The position numbers and the translations under genes were made by a program. Of a stretch of 35,960 nucleotides of DNA, positions 9,264-19,649 are shown in pieces. The stretch's first letter is position 1. Every line of letters begins with the position of its first letter. Origin of the DNA: a virus (taxonomy: Duplodnaviria > Heunggongvirae > Uroviricota > Caudoviricetes); IMG/VR virus record IMGVR_UViG_2541047679_000003. One strand, given 5' to 3'. The notes beneath the pieces were generated by a model, which was given only the letters and a program-made list of their open reading frames with translations, did no database searches and was not told the DNA's origin.

Positions 9264-9545
9264 TCAGCAAGTGCGAAACCCCTTGCAGTTACGCAGGAAA
9301 GCGATGAGAAGCGTCTTTCCCTCAGATTTGCCGATGCCGGAGAACCAGTGGTCGGGAGGCTCCCATGCTTCAATCAAATCCGCCAGTTTGCGGGCCTTTG
9401 AACGTGTGCAGTCAATCGGGTCATTGGTTTTACGGGTATTAAAAAGGGTTTCCACCCCCGGAATATCAAGGAGGGTAAACCACGTACCATTTGACATGCC
9501 CAGTGCCGCACATCGTCCTCCTTTATCCGTCAGTTCAACACTCAC
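9264..9545 (-). CDS. hypothetical protein (GTG start)
   Basis: 93-aa ORF between the tube and chaperone genes; start is GTG with a weak SD, so uncertain. Confidence 0.3.
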   Translation of the reverse strand: MSVELTDKGGRCAALGMSNGTWFTLLDIPGVETLFNTRKTNDPIDCTRSKARKLADLIEAWEPPDHWFSGIGKSEGKTLLIAFLRNCKGFRTC

Positions 9546-9547
9546 CG

Positions 9548-10069
9548 TCAGCCCCCGATATTGATACGGTAGTCAGTCAGTTGATCAACACCGCCGACCC
9601 GGAAGATGTTGGCCAGATAGTCCAGTTGCAGCAGCTCTTCACCATCCAGTACCTGTCTGATATACGTGCAGGTGAAGCTACTGGAGAACTCGGCGTTCTC
9701 GTGCTGTTTGAACGTCCCCAGCGGGTTCTTCTTGAACATAATCGTCAGGAAGGTGACCAGCGGGATTTCGTCAATCAGCCCCTGCGAGCTGTAGCGCTGG
9801 ACGCTGGAACGACACTGCAGTGCCAGCGACCTGTACGGGTTCGCGGCAGACAGCATCGCATCGCGGTAAAAGCTGTTCCATTTGATTTCGCCTTCCAGTT
9901 TGTCAAAACCAGCCGGGAGTTCCACCTTACCCACCATCCCCAGCGCCTTGTGTTCCTGCATAATCATGGAGACATCGGGGAGTTTAACTTCCTCAGCCCG
10001 TCCCAGCAGGTTAGTACCATCCAGATAGATGTTGGCATTCGTGATGCGGTTTATCTCAATCTTTGACAT
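9548..10069 (-). CDS. tail tube protein, P2 FII-like
   Basis: 173-aa ORF directly downstream of the sheath gene. Confidence 0.75.
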   Translation of the reverse strand: MSKIEINRITNANIYLDGTNLLGRAEEVKLPDVSMIMQEHKALGMVGKVELPAGFDKLEGEIKWNSFYRDAMLSAANPYRSLALQCRSSVQRYSSQGLIDEIPLVTFLTIMFKKNPLGTFKQHENAEFSSSFTCTYIRQVLDGEELLQLDYLANIFRVGGVDQLTDYRINIGG

Positions 10070-11496
10070 CAGTTGCCCCCTTTCAGGGTTAACAGGTATT
10101 CCGAGGTGATCTCAGTCTCAAACGTCAGTCGCTCCAGCGGCGGTGGTGGCGTATATTTGTAGCTCAGCAACAGGTGCCCGGCGGCCAGCTCCGTCTCCGG
10201 ATTGCGGGCCGGATCAAACCAGCAACGGAAGCCCAGTACCGCACCATCACCAGTCATTTTGCGACCGTAGGCGTTGACCGACTCCGTCAGTGCATCAATC
10301 AGCGCCTGAGTAATCGGCATGTCGATGTACTGCTGGCTGAAATAACGAATGGACTCGTTGATCACATCACCGGTGCGGCGAACGTTCTCAAAGTTACGCA
10401 TATGGGTGACCGTTGGCCATGCTGCCGTCCGGTTACCCCACAGACGAAGGCCGCTGCCGTAACTGCTGAATACCGTGGTGATCCCCTGTTCGTTAAGCAG
10501 GTTCACCTCACTCTGCGGGTCATCAATCATCGCGGACAGCTGGCGCTCCACGCCGGTGATCCCCAGAATCTCCTGATTGGAGGATGACCACCAGTAGCCC
10601 TTGTCCAGATCGACTCTGGCACGCAGACCTGCTGCACGCTGGCTGAGCGGCTCCAGACGCTCTGTGTTTGTCACCGGGTCATATACCTTCACATGCGGAT
10701 AGCACAGACGGACGCGGTCGGAGCTGGTATTGAAGTTGATGGTGCCTTCCGGGCCACGACCTGCCAGAGCCTGTGCAAAGGTGGTACCGACAGGCGCATC
10801 AATGTAGGTTACCGCGCCCAGCTTCTCTGCCATGGCGATAAGCTCAACTGCGACACTCTTCTGGGTGCAGAACACCGGCGCAATCAGAATTTTGGCGAAA
10901 TAGCCGTACAGGTTGAAGCTGTCGTTAAGCAGCTTCATGCCGGTTCGGTTTCCGGCGCTGTTCACCCCGCCGATGATGTCCGCCGCAGTCACCTTCGACG
11001 GGTCCGCGTACTCATAGCTCACCTTCACGCTGCCACCGGCCTCAATAGCCTTGCCCAGGTTCGTGAGCACACCCGCCTGCGCATCAACACGGTAGTCCGT
11101 GTTCGCCGTGTGGGTGGTGCTGCCTTCACTGTTTTTCACCACCACATTAGCGACAACCGGATGCGCCAGTCTGGCCTGCCCTGTCGATTTGTCAAAGGTA
11201 ACCACCTCATCCTCGATCGCCGTTTTATGTTTCGCCGGGTCGAGGACGTTAATGACCAGAACGGTGCCTGCACCATGGTCATAAATCGCATCCAGCGCCT
11301 GCGGAATGGTAAAGCCGGTGAACTGGCTGCCAAATGCCGCTGCGTCTTTCTCAGACAGGCACTGTACCAGCGTATTGACATCCCCCATCGGGGCGGTACC
11401 AATCAGGCCAATAACGGCAGATTTCACCGTTTTAACCGGGCGGGCACCGTTTTCCACCTCAATGGTTTCGGGACCATGCAGATAGTTAGCTGCCAT
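10069..11496 (-). CDS. contractile tail sheath protein
   Basis: 475-aa ORF, ATG at 11496 with GGAGGA SD, sheath-tube gene order. Confidence 0.85.
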   Translation of the reverse strand: MAANYLHGPETIEVENGARPVKTVKSAVIGLIGTAPMGDVNTLVQCLSEKDAAAFGSQFTGFTIPQALDAIYDHGAGTVLVINVLDPAKHKTAIEDEVVTFDKSTGQARLAHPVVANVVVKNSEGSTTHTANTDYRVDAQAGVLTNLGKAIEAGGSVKVSYEYADPSKVTAADIIGGVNSAGNRTGMKLLNDSFNLYGYFAKILIAPVFCTQKSVAVELIAMAEKLGAVTYIDAPVGTTFAQALAGRGPEGTINFNTSSDRVRLCYPHVKVYDPVTNTERLEPLSQRAAGLRARVDLDKGYWWSSSNQEILGITGVERQLSAMIDDPQSEVNLLNEQGITTVFSSYGSGLRLWGNRTAAWPTVTHMRNFENVRRTGDVINESIRYFSQQYIDMPITQALIDALTESVNAYGRKMTGDGAVLGFRCWFDPARNPETELAAGHLLLSYKYTPPPPLERLTFETEITSEYLLTLKGGN

Positions 11497-11740
11497 GGGT
11501 GTCCTCCGTTTTCACTTCGCTGTCACTGCTGCTTCTGCGCTTTGGTGACTGCACAGCCGGTGTGCCGGCGGGTTTAGTCTCTTCAGGTACCGGCGTCAGA
11601 TGTTTCAGCGCCACCAGTACCTTCACGTAGTCATGCTCCTCCGGCAGGGAAACCGTCTTCCCCGGCCAGAGCAGGATTTCGGTTCCGTCCGACAGCGTGA
11701 CGCCGCTGGCCGGGCCGGAATAGCGGTATTCTTTCATCAC
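11486..11740 (-). CDS. hypothetical protein
   Basis: 84-aa ORF between the gp37-like and sheath genes. Confidence 0.4.
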   Translation of the reverse strand: MMKEYRYSGPASGVTLSDGTEILLWPGKTVSLPEEHDYVKVLVALKHLTPVPEETKPAGTPAVQSPKRRSSSDSEVKTEDTHGS

Positions 11741-12201
11741 TCGCTTTCCTCATAGTTCACTTCGGTTAACAGCGGGCCGGACGGTAAATCGCTGTCTTCG
11801 ATAAAGACGCTTTCAGTCGCGAAGTCGAGGGCGTACTGCCACAGCCCCCTGACTTCACCGATAAACACCTCGCGGGTCAGCCAGATACGGCGGCGGCAGC
11901 CGGGCGGGGTGTGGCCACCGAGAATGCGGCGGACAGCATCCAGGACATTAATCGCCCCTTTTTTACCGTTGAGCTGGCGGAAGACCACCGTGACGCAGAG
12001 CTGGATAGTCTGAGACTGGATCACCGCACCGGTATCATCCGGCCTGTCAAAGCGCGAACCGGCATAGCTCAACAGCAACGCGCCAACCGGATGGTTCAGG
12101 CGATATTCAGCCGGTTTCTCCGGGAAGTACTCCACCTGCAGTTGCGGCAGCTTCTCGCGTAACCGGGCCAGTACCGCATCAAGGACGGGCAGAACGTTCA
12201 T
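11737..12201 (-). CDS. Mu gp37-like protein
   Basis: 154-aa ORF in the Mu gp37 position of the head-tail joining region. Confidence 0.55.
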   Translation of the reverse strand: MNVLPVLDAVLARLREKLPQLQVEYFPEKPAEYRLNHPVGALLLSYAGSRFDRPDDTGAVIQSQTIQLCVTVVFRQLNGKKGAINVLDAVRRILGGHTPPGCRRRIWLTREVFIGEVRGLWQYALDFATESVFIEDSDLPSGPLLTEVNYEESE

Positions 12202-12647
12202 CAGTATTTCTCCAGTAAACCGTCACGACCGCCGAAAGTGGCCGGGCGACTGCGTACACGAAACTCGCCAGGCTCAGGCACATCTTTCTGAGTGGACGGC
12301 AGCCCCAGCGTGAGCCTGTTATCACGTAACTCCCTGAGTTGCCGCAGCGCTTCTTTGTGGTCATCCTTCACCGTATCCGGGAGGTCACCTTCCGGGCGGC
12401 GGGCGTAGAGCCGGTAACGGACCAGCGTGATGGCAATGTCCCGCAGAACAGTCGGTATCTCTGCCAGTGGCAGGATATAGCGTCCGCGCAGATGGGCATC
12501 AATCAGCTCGTCGGCATAGCGGATACAGCTGTCCACCACACGGGTATTCACTGTTGCAGGTGAGTCGAAGTCCATCTCTTCACTGGTGAGCTCGATAAGC
12601 GTCCGCTCCGGCACCTGCGCAAGCAAATCCTCCAGGGTGCAGTACAT
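12201..12647 (-). CDS. Mu gp36-like protein
   Basis: MYCTLEDLLAQVPERTLIELT... N-terminus typical of the gp36 family; the ATG at 12647 is inferred, the ORF-track start is further upstream. Confidence 0.6.
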   Translation of the reverse strand: MYCTLEDLLAQVPERTLIELTSEEMDFDSPATVNTRVVDSCIRYADELIDAHLRGRYILPLAEIPTVLRDIAITLVRYRLYARRPEGDLPDTVKDDHKEALRQLRELRDNRLTLGLPSTQKDVPEPGEFRVRSRPATFGGRDGLLEKY

Positions 12648-12648
12648 G

Positions 12649-12987
12649 TCACACCCCGCGCAGGATACGAATGACGTCGCCTTCACCCCCGGCTTCATCA
12701 AGTGCAATACCACAGGATTTACCGTCGCCGGACTGCGGCACGGCTCTGGCCTGAGCATCTGACTGAACAGCCACACCACGGCTGACAGCGGCCCCGGCCT
12801 CGACAGCAATAATGCCCAGAACGCTCACCGGCGTGCTGTCGCCGGTAACAGCATCCACTTCGGCAACCCCGAGCGCTGCGGCACCGGCTTTACAGGGGGT
12901 ATTATCTGCCCCGACAAAACGCTGCTGTGCCAGTGCTGCCCCTGCCGTTACGGTTGTGATCAGAATGACCTGCTGAGTGGTTCCCAT
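12649..12987 (-). CDS. hypothetical head-associated protein
   Basis: 112-aa Gly/Ala/Val-rich ORF directly after the major head gene, AAGGAGG SD. Confidence 0.5.
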   Translation of the reverse strand: MGTTQQVILITTVTAGAALAQQRFVGADNTPCKAGAAALGVAEVDAVTGDSTPVSVLGIIAVEAGAAVSRGVAVQSDAQARAVPQSGDGKSCGIALDEAGGEGDVIRILRGV

Positions 12988-12996
12988 AACGCCTCC

Positions 12997-13950
12997 TTAT
13001 TTACTGATACCGGTAATGAGATACCCGGCATCGCCACCAACCACGGCGACTTTGTAGATATCGGTATAACGGCAGTACTTCACCTTGCCACCGGCTCCGT
13101 CGTATTTGTCGGCAACAGGCATCCCCTTACGACGCAGGGTGTAGCCGAAGGACGGCTCGTTCTCGTCCGCGCTGTCCGCCCCCGGCTGCGGTTTGCCGAC
13201 ATAGTGCAGCATCAGATTGTCTCCCCAGATATCCGCCGGCACGCTGTTCTTATCCATTGCCGCTTTCATGGACGGCAGGGAGACTGGGGCACCGATGACG
13301 ATCTCTTCGATCTGAAAGAGGTCCTGCAGGATTTCTGTGGTGATGCGCTTGCGTTCGTTGGCTCCGATGGCGGCCTGAATCGCCGGGTGGAACTTCAGCA
13401 GCGCCATCACGCCGGCCCCCATGGTCATCAGGTTAGGACGCAGCCCCGTGGCCGTACGGACCGCTTCCATACCGGCTTCAATCACCCCGATGGGGTCCCC
13501 CTTACCACCGGCCCAGCGATCACTGGCTGTCAGTTTTTTGACGTGCCCGGTACGGTAGACCTTTTCATCCTGAGCCAGACGGGCAGCGATAAGTTCACGG
13601 CGCAGGTTCACGCCATTCGTGGCGCGACGGATGGCCTTGCTCTCTTCGTTAAACATGGACTCCGCCTGCTCGCGATAGTCCACCGGCGCAGCCAGATCGT
13701 GTTCACCCAGCACCAGGTCCAGCGTGCCTGTTTTTTCACGGACCAGAACATTGCTGTCCGCCCCGACGGCACGCTCGGTGTCATATTCCACAAAGGCGGT
13801 TTTCCCGAAGGTCGGTACACGCACGCCTTCCTTGTCCGTCAGCACGACGGGGAAAATACGTTCGCCGATGAATGCGGCATTTTTATAGCCACGGGCGATA
13901 CTGGTCAGTACCGGATCAACGACACGTTTACCTTTTAAGTAATCAGACAT
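12997..13950 (-). CDS. major head subunit, Mu T-like
   Basis: 317-aa ORF after the protease/scaffold gene; Mu gpT-like size and position. Confidence 0.8.
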   Translation of the reverse strand: MSDYLKGKRVVDPVLTSIARGYKNAAFIGERIFPVVLTDKEGVRVPTFGKTAFVEYDTERAVGADSNVLVREKTGTLDLVLGEHDLAAPVDYREQAESMFNEESKAIRRATNGVNLRRELIAARLAQDEKVYRTGHVKKLTASDRWAGGKGDPIGVIEAGMEAVRTATGLRPNLMTMGAGVMALLKFHPAIQAAIGANERKRITTEILQDLFQIEEIVIGAPVSLPSMKAAMDKNSVPADIWGDNLMLHYVGKPQPGADSADENEPSFGYTLRRKGMPVADKYDGAGGKVKYCRYTDIYKVAVVGGDAGYLITGISK

Positions 13951-13964
13951 GCTCTCTCCTTAAA

Positions 13965-15080
13965 TTACAGGCAGCGTGCGACAGCAGCCTCATAGCTGAT
14001 GCCTTCTTTTTTGGACAGGGCCACTGCTTTCTGATGCAGGGCCAGACGCTCAGGATCGGCTTCCGCAAACTCTGCCACATCCACCTTCACCGTGTCGCCG
14101 ACACGCTCTTTTGTGGCCTGTTCGGCGAAATTCATCACCGGCTCCCCGTCGGAGAGCAATGAACGAAAGGCGGTGGCCAGCGGTGTGCGGCTTTCCCCCT
14201 CAGCAAACTCCACCGGCTTGTCGCCACCGGCGACGGCATCCAGCAGGGCAACCACCACGGAGGAGGCGCGGGGAGCCAGACGGCCCTCTGCGACCAGTTT
14301 TTCTGCAAAGGCCACATTGTCCTTATGCAGTTGCTCCTGTCTGACCTGTGCATCACGCGCATCGCGATCAGCAGCCTGCTGCTTCAGGCGGCGGTTCTCC
14401 TCCTGAAGGGCTTCAATCTCTTCTTTTGTCATCGATGATTCCTCGTTACTTGCGGAAGACGGCCCCGGGCCTGTCTCACTGAATTGTGCACCTGCTGCAT
14501 CCTGCGACAGTGTGTCGCGGTACGCCTCTTCGCGCAGACTGTTGAGCTGCCATTCCGGCAGGACTTTTTCTGCCTCGTCCAGACTGAAGCGGGCGATCAG
14601 AAAATCGCGCAGCTTTCCCCACAGGGAGGCATTCGTGATGGCCTGCCAGTCGGCGAACTCCACCACACCTTCTTCCTGCTCACTGAAGGACACCTGTTTC
14701 AGCCCCTTGACGGAAGGTGGCTGTGCCCCGAGAAAGCCCACATGGCGAAGGTAGAGCACGCCGGGCTTCGGATTGGACGGTGAATCCGGGAGGTAGAAAG
14801 AGGCGGACACTTTTTTGAATCGTCCGTCGGTGACCATCTCAGCAAACTGCGGGTCCAGCTGGGCAGGCTCTGCCATCAGATCGACGCCGCTGAGCGACAG
14901 GGCTTTCACCCAGCCCCACGCCGGGTCTTCCGTTCTGGGATGACCAATCACGAGTGGTGCTTCATGGACGGACGGGTCATAGGCTTTCACGCAGGCGGCA
15001 AGATCGTCTGGCGTGAACGGCAGTTTTTTGCCGTGCATATCGGTATGAGTACCGGCTTTAAAAATGTGAATGGCTGACAT
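13965..15080 (-). CDS. head maturation protease/scaffold, Mu I-like
   Basis: 371-aa ORF with a charged coiled-coil C-terminal half (scaffold-like), preceding the major head gene. Confidence 0.75.
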   Translation of the reverse strand: MSAIHIFKAGTHTDMHGKKLPFTPDDLAACVKAYDPSVHEAPLVIGHPRTEDPAWGWVKALSLSGVDLMAEPAQLDPQFAEMVTDGRFKKVSASFYLPDSPSNPKPGVLYLRHVGFLGAQPPSVKGLKQVSFSEQEEGVVEFADWQAITNASLWGKLRDFLIARFSLDEAEKVLPEWQLNSLREEAYRDTLSQDAAGAQFSETGPGPSSASNEESSMTKEEIEALQEENRRLKQQAADRDARDAQVRQEQLHKDNVAFAEKLVAEGRLAPRASSVVVALLDAVAGGDKPVEFAEGESRTPLATAFRSLLSDGEPVMNFAEQATKERVGDTVKVDVAEFAEADPERLALHQKAVALSKKEGISYEAAVARCL

Positions 15081-15135
15081 TTTGCTGTCCCGCGTTATGT
15101 TGTCGGAGACAGTTTGTGAGAAATGCAGGCCCGGC

Positions 15136-15145
15136 GATTTTAATC
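15136..15145 (-). promoter_or_regulatory. candidate late promoter motif upstream of the I-like gene
   Basis: Minus-strand GATTAAAATC about 58 nt upstream of the I-like ATG, inside a 214-bp intergenic gap. Confidence 0.3.
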
Positions 15146-15294
15146 TGCTTTAGAAAACATCAGGGGAGAAGGACAGGGAAAGCAATGCGGTGAACCGGAG
15201 GCGGTTATAAAACAGAGGCTGTAAAGCCTTTATAAAGGTAATACAGCCCCTCATTCGCTGGCAATGATAAATCACCCGCCTGAAGAGAGAAAAC

Positions 15295-15753
15295 TCAGCG
15301 ACGGGCCGCTGATTCAAGATGGCGGACAATGGTATCGAGGATGGGGATTACCACTTCAGGCTGTAGTTCTCCATCCCCCGTCACCGGCAGGAACGGGCGG
15401 GCCGGAAGTTCAACAGACTCATTACGCCCCGTTTTACCCCCGAACTGGTGAATGGCACCGTAAACAACGTTGGTCCCCACAACAGCCTGCCGGTCGTCAT
15501 GGTCGGTTGATACTGACCCCATCAGACGCCCGGTATCCTGCAGTGTCTGCCCGTCACGTTCTTCCGCTGCCAGCGAGGGCATCCACCCCGGACGCCCCTC
15601 ATCAAGAAAGTTAAACTGTGTTTCCGCCAGCAGGGTTCCGGCGATTTTGCGCATCGCGGGCTCCAGGTCTGTGGCAGCAAGATCCAGCGCACGGAGGCTC
15701 CGGCGCAGGGACTTATCGTTAATGGTGATACTGACCAGGTTATCGGAAGCCAT
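15295..15753 (-). CDS. virion morphogenesis protein, Mu G-like
   Basis: 152-aa ORF after the F-like gene. Confidence 0.7.
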   Translation of the reverse strand: MASDNLVSITINDKSLRRSLRALDLAATDLEPAMRKIAGTLLAETQFNFLDEGRPGWMPSLAAEERDGQTLQDTGRLMGSVSTDHDDRQAVVGTNVVYGAIHQFGGKTGRNESVELPARPFLPVTGDGELQPEVVIPILDTIVRHLESAARR

Positions 15754-15755
15754 TG

Positions 15756-16604
15756 TTATCCTCTCAGTTCCTGTTGTGCCAGTGGCTGAAGCGTACCCTG
15801 ATAGCGGGCCAGGTCGGGACGGTATGCTGCCCCCGGAGCATAAGACCAGCCGACGTCGGTGGTCACCTTCGTGGTGCCGGTATTAAAGGTGGCCACGTTC
15901 CGCATTTCGCCGGTTTTCTCTGAGACCAGTTTCAGTTCCTGGCCCATGGCAGAGCCGGAGCTGATAACCTTCAGGCCACGGGCACGTACATCCGCCGCAC
16001 TCAGGGCAATAACACTACAGCGGCAGCGCCAGCCGTTCGGCGGGTAAAATGCCTGCCAGAACGGGTCATCCCAGCGCAGCACCAGACCATGCAGCGCCAG
16101 ATGGCTCCTGCGGGTATGGCTGTCGTTGATGCCGGTATACATCCAGTACGGCCTGTCGTCGACGTTTTCCATCTGTTCCGCCCAACGACCGGCGCTGTAG
16201 AGTACGGACATATTGGTGCGAAAGATGGTATCGAGCCGCCACGGACTGCCCTGCTGAATGGTGACCGGCTCACCCGTTACCGGGTCAGTCGTGTCACGTG
16301 GTCCCCACCATCCCTTACGCTTCAGCACCGGCTCCAGCTCCTGCCGGAACCAGCGATCGGTTTTTCCTTCATCGACAGCCTGCTGCAGTGCCCCGCGAAT
16401 ATCTTCCAGGATATCCAGGCGGGTCACTTTAGCAACGGTAAAGGCGCGGGCATGGGCCTCCTGCCACATTTCTTCCCAGTCCCAGGTAATCTGATATCCT
16501 TTGGACTTCAGGTAGTTGATTGCCCGCTTCGGGGGAAGCGTCATGCAGTACGCCAGTTCAGCCGTTGTCACGCTCATGCAGACGTCCCCGGATATTTGCC
16601 ACAA
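15756..16604 (-). CDS. head morphogenesis protein, Mu F-like
   Basis: 282-aa ORF after the portal gene; the real start may be the internal ATG at ~16577. Confidence 0.75.
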   Translation of the reverse strand: MWQISGDVCMSVTTAELAYCMTLPPKRAINYLKSKGYQITWDWEEMWQEAHARAFTVAKVTRLDILEDIRGALQQAVDEGKTDRWFRQELEPVLKRKGWWGPRDTTDPVTGEPVTIQQGSPWRLDTIFRTNMSVLYSAGRWAEQMENVDDRPYWMYTGINDSHTRRSHLALHGLVLRWDDPFWQAFYPPNGWRCRCSVIALSAADVRARGLKVISSGSAMGQELKLVSEKTGEMRNVATFNTGTTKVTTDVGWSYAPGAAYRPDLARYQGTLQPLAQQELRG

Positions 16605-18054
16605 AGAGAATGCGGGCCAGCCGCTCCTGCAGATCGTCCGTGTTCATCTGAGGGTAGAGCTCCGCCAGTTCGCCCAGCAGCTCAGACGGGTTAACCCCGT
16701 TTTCGACCCGCCTGAACAGAGGTGCCAGGACGGGTTCCAGCGTGCCATTTAACGCGCCTCCGTTCATCAGAATGTCCAGCGCGTCGTCAAGCTGCTGCTG
16801 AGCCTGAATATCAGCATCAATCGCCTCGGCAAATGACAGCGGCAGCATGTTATTCTGGCGTTCCGACGGTGGTGTCTCGTCAATATCGCCGTCCTGCAGT
16901 TGGTACTCACGCTTGAAGTACTGCGGGGTCAGACGCAGACCCGCCCGGGTGAGTTTTTCGTCGCGGGTGGCACGGGTGTCATCAATGGCCTCCTGTTCCC
17001 ACATGGCCCAGACCGGACACGGCACATCGCCGAAGTTCAGGGTGACCACCGTTCTGATGACCTGATTCACTGCCGCCTGAATGATGTCCGCATCCGCATC
17101 GCGGATATCAGCCGTTACCTCCAGCCCGGCCTGTGCAGAGGCCTTGTTACTGTTCGCTTCCGTGGTCTGATTCTGACCGAGTAATGCAATGGAGATCTCA
17201 CTGCGTGACAGTGTGATCAGCTCGCGAAATACCTCGCTGCTGTCTGCCTTGCCATCCGCTGCCCTGAGCTCAATACTGCTGTCATCGGGGATGGCGGCCA
17301 CCGCGTCCTCCACCATCTGCTCCATGGAGTCCAGCAGTTTTTCAATCTCTGCATCATTTGCGCCCCTCGGGTGCTTACCGATCACCCACGGGGAGCCAAA
17401 CTTTTCGGCAAAGCGGAGCCAGAATTTCATCCCGCCTTTCTTGAAGGCGACCGGCCAGAAGCACATGGACAGGTCCGGGAAACCGTAAGGATTGTCATAC
17501 GAGGCATCCTGTGCCGGCACCACGAATTTTGACGGTGACAGCAGCTCACCCTCCACACCCGCATCACGCGCCCGAAAGCGCAGGCAGTTGTCCGTATCAA
17601 ACTGAAACCACTCAGGCGGTTTGCCGACAATATCCGTCACCGCCCACGACCTGACCGAACGGCCCCACATGATTTCACAGGGCTGATACCCGTAGAGCAC
17701 GGCATCGCTCATTTCACCGATGATGCGGGACAGATCCAGATCGTCGAGCATGTCGCGGATGAAACGGAAGACCCGGGCAGAGGCGTGACCACGCTCCAGT
17801 CCACGCTCCAGCGATTTGAGCGCTGCTTTACGTCTGCGGATACAGCCCCCGACCAGCGGGTCGGTGCGCAGTTCGCGGTAGATACGGATATCCCGTCCCT
17901 GAGCCTTGAGAATGGGATCAGGATTGGGCAGATACATGCCCAGTCCGTAAAAGTCGATCGCGCGGCTGCGGGAGGCAATCTGCGCGGTCAGTGATTTCTG
18001 AGGCTCAGAAAAAGCAACAAATTCATCGGGTGAAACCCAGATACCCCTCGCCAT
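16558..18054 (-). CDS. portal protein, Mu gp29-like
   Basis: 498-aa ORF directly downstream of the large terminase gene. Confidence 0.85.
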   Translation of the reverse strand: MARGIWVSPDEFVAFSEPQKSLTAQIASRSRAIDFYGLGMYLPNPDPILKAQGRDIRIYRELRTDPLVGGCIRRRKAALKSLERGLERGHASARVFRFIRDMLDDLDLSRIIGEMSDAVLYGYQPCEIMWGRSVRSWAVTDIVGKPPEWFQFDTDNCLRFRARDAGVEGELLSPSKFVVPAQDASYDNPYGFPDLSMCFWPVAFKKGGMKFWLRFAEKFGSPWVIGKHPRGANDAEIEKLLDSMEQMVEDAVAAIPDDSSIELRAADGKADSSEVFRELITLSRSEISIALLGQNQTTEANSNKASAQAGLEVTADIRDADADIIQAAVNQVIRTVVTLNFGDVPCPVWAMWEQEAIDDTRATRDEKLTRAGLRLTPQYFKREYQLQDGDIDETPPSERQNNMLPLSFAEAIDADIQAQQQLDDALDILMNGGALNGTLEPVLAPLFRRVENGVNPSELLGELAELYPQMNTDDLQERLARILFVANIRGRLHERDNG

Positions 18055-19649
18055 CAGAATCCCTCCAGCATACGGGCCGCCTGACGACGACGGCGTGAGC
18101 TTGCCTTCACCGGCCCTTTGTTAATTTCACGGCTGGCGAAATACGCCAGCGCCAGTGCGATGGCTGAATCCCCGTGGCGTTTACCACCGTCAGCCTTTGC
18201 TTTTGAGCGTTGCTCCGGTACGCGGGGGACACCGTTCACCACCTGAACGGCCCGCAGGTCATCCAGTGTGTCTTCATCCTTTGGTAAGTCCACCAGGTTG
18301 CCGTCTTCCAGTGCAGCTTTGACCGGAGGCATATGCTCCCGGTACCAGCCTTCGGTTGGCATCACCTGCTGAACCCGGCCGGAGCCGTAGCGCTGCATGG
18401 CGTATTCAGCCAGATAGGCACCATTACCACGGGCATCAAACGCTGCACCCAGCAGACCGGGCAGGCCATCCATCAGATACCAGGTGATTTGCTCCTGCTG
18501 TCTGAACGGCACGTTACGCAGCTCCAGTACGAATGGCACGCGTCGTACCAGGTTCTTCTCCTGCAGCAGGGGATAGTCCACCGACAAATCACCGCTACGG
18601 CCAAAGTCGCGCCCCAGGAAAGAGCGGGCATCAGTGGGGAGTGCCTCCAGCAATGGTTTCAGATACTCATCAAGCCAGTCCTGCGTCTCGCGGAAGCGAA
18701 CCTCATCAGACAGCAGTTCATAACCTTCCTTGCAGGTCAGACGCAATACCGGCGTATCAGCGGACATGCGGGACTCTATCAGGGCACGGGACAGCCAGGC
18801 ACCGCCACCGTTGGCCGGAATACAGTCAAGCTCTTCGGATGCGCCGGCACCGTAGAATTTGTACACCGATGCCATCCAGGCCTGCTCGGATGCCTCCGAC
18901 CATTCCTTCCCGGTGCGCAGACAGACGCGCCGGAACAGCCCCTCAGATACGGCTTCCCGGAAAGTGATGCGATGTATGCTGCCTCCCTGACGTCCGGCAC
19001 GGATATCCCCGATAAGCGTATTGAACGGATTGTCGTCACCGTCATGGGTGGAGATAACGCGTACCTTTCCCCCCCAGATAAGCATCGCCAGCGCCGCTTT
19101 CAGCAGTTCGTCCAGTTGCTCATGGAACGCCGCTTCGTCGATAACAATAATACCCTGACGGCCACGCAGGTTAGACGGGCGGCTGGAGAGCGCAACAATA
19201 CGAAAGCCGGAGTCAGGAAATTTGATGGTGTAAGTCTTGATGTGTTTGTCGTCGTCGTCCTCTTCCCAGAATCCTTCTTCAATTTCACTGGCCGCATAGT
19301 TGAATGCCCGTGCCCACATCGCACACGCCTGAATGTATTCGACGGTCATGTCCTGGTTATAAGCGATGTAATACACATTCATCCCGCCTGCTGGCGCAGA
19401 AGAGGCGGCGGTCAGTACGTTATCGGATGCCTCAGCCCATGTAATACCGGTACGACGGCTCTTTTCTATCACCTTAAGCGGAGAGGTGTCTGCCACCCAG
19501 CGCTGCTGGTAAGGCAACAGAACGGGAGGGGCATCCAGCGCCGAGGTATCAGGCAAAACGGGAGCAAGGTTATTCCTCCCGTCCATGGGACTCATCCCTT
19601 CGGGGCCGCCGCCAGCGGCGTTTAAAATCACTCCGGATGATTTTGTCAT
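18054..19649 (-). CDS. terminase large subunit, Mu gp28-like
   Basis: 531-aa ORF, acidic motif ...IIVIDEAAF..., between the gp27-like and portal genes. Confidence 0.85.
   Translation of the reverse strand: MTKSSGVILNAAGGGPEGMSPMDGRNNLAPVLPDTSALDAPPVLLPYQQRWVADTSPLKVIEKSRRTGITWAEASDNVLTAASSAPAGGMNVYYIAYNQDMTVEYIQACAMWARAFNYAASEIEEGFWEEDDDDKHIKTYTIKFPDSGFRIVALSSRPSNLRGRQGIIVIDEAAFHEQLDELLKAALAMLIWGGKVRVISTHDGDDNPFNTLIGDIRAGRQGGSIHRITFREAVSEGLFRRVCLRTGKEWSEASEQAWMASVYKFYGAGASEELDCIPANGGGAWLSRALIESRMSADTPVLRLTCKEGYELLSDEVRFRETQDWLDEYLKPLLEALPTDARSFLGRDFGRSGDLSVDYPLLQEKNLVRRVPFVLELRNVPFRQQEQITWYLMDGLPGLLGAAFDARGNGAYLAEYAMQRYGSGRVQQVMPTEGWYREHMPPVKAALEDGNLVDLPKDEDTLDDLRAVQVVNGVPRVPEQRSKAKADGGKRHGDSAIALALAYFASREINKGPVKASSRRRRQAARMLEGF

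Noticed and set aside
18333-19625. 430-aa plus-strand ORF
   Set aside because: Fully antisense to the large terminase gene, with a Cys/Arg/Gly-rich composition typical of antisense frames in GC-rich coding sequence.
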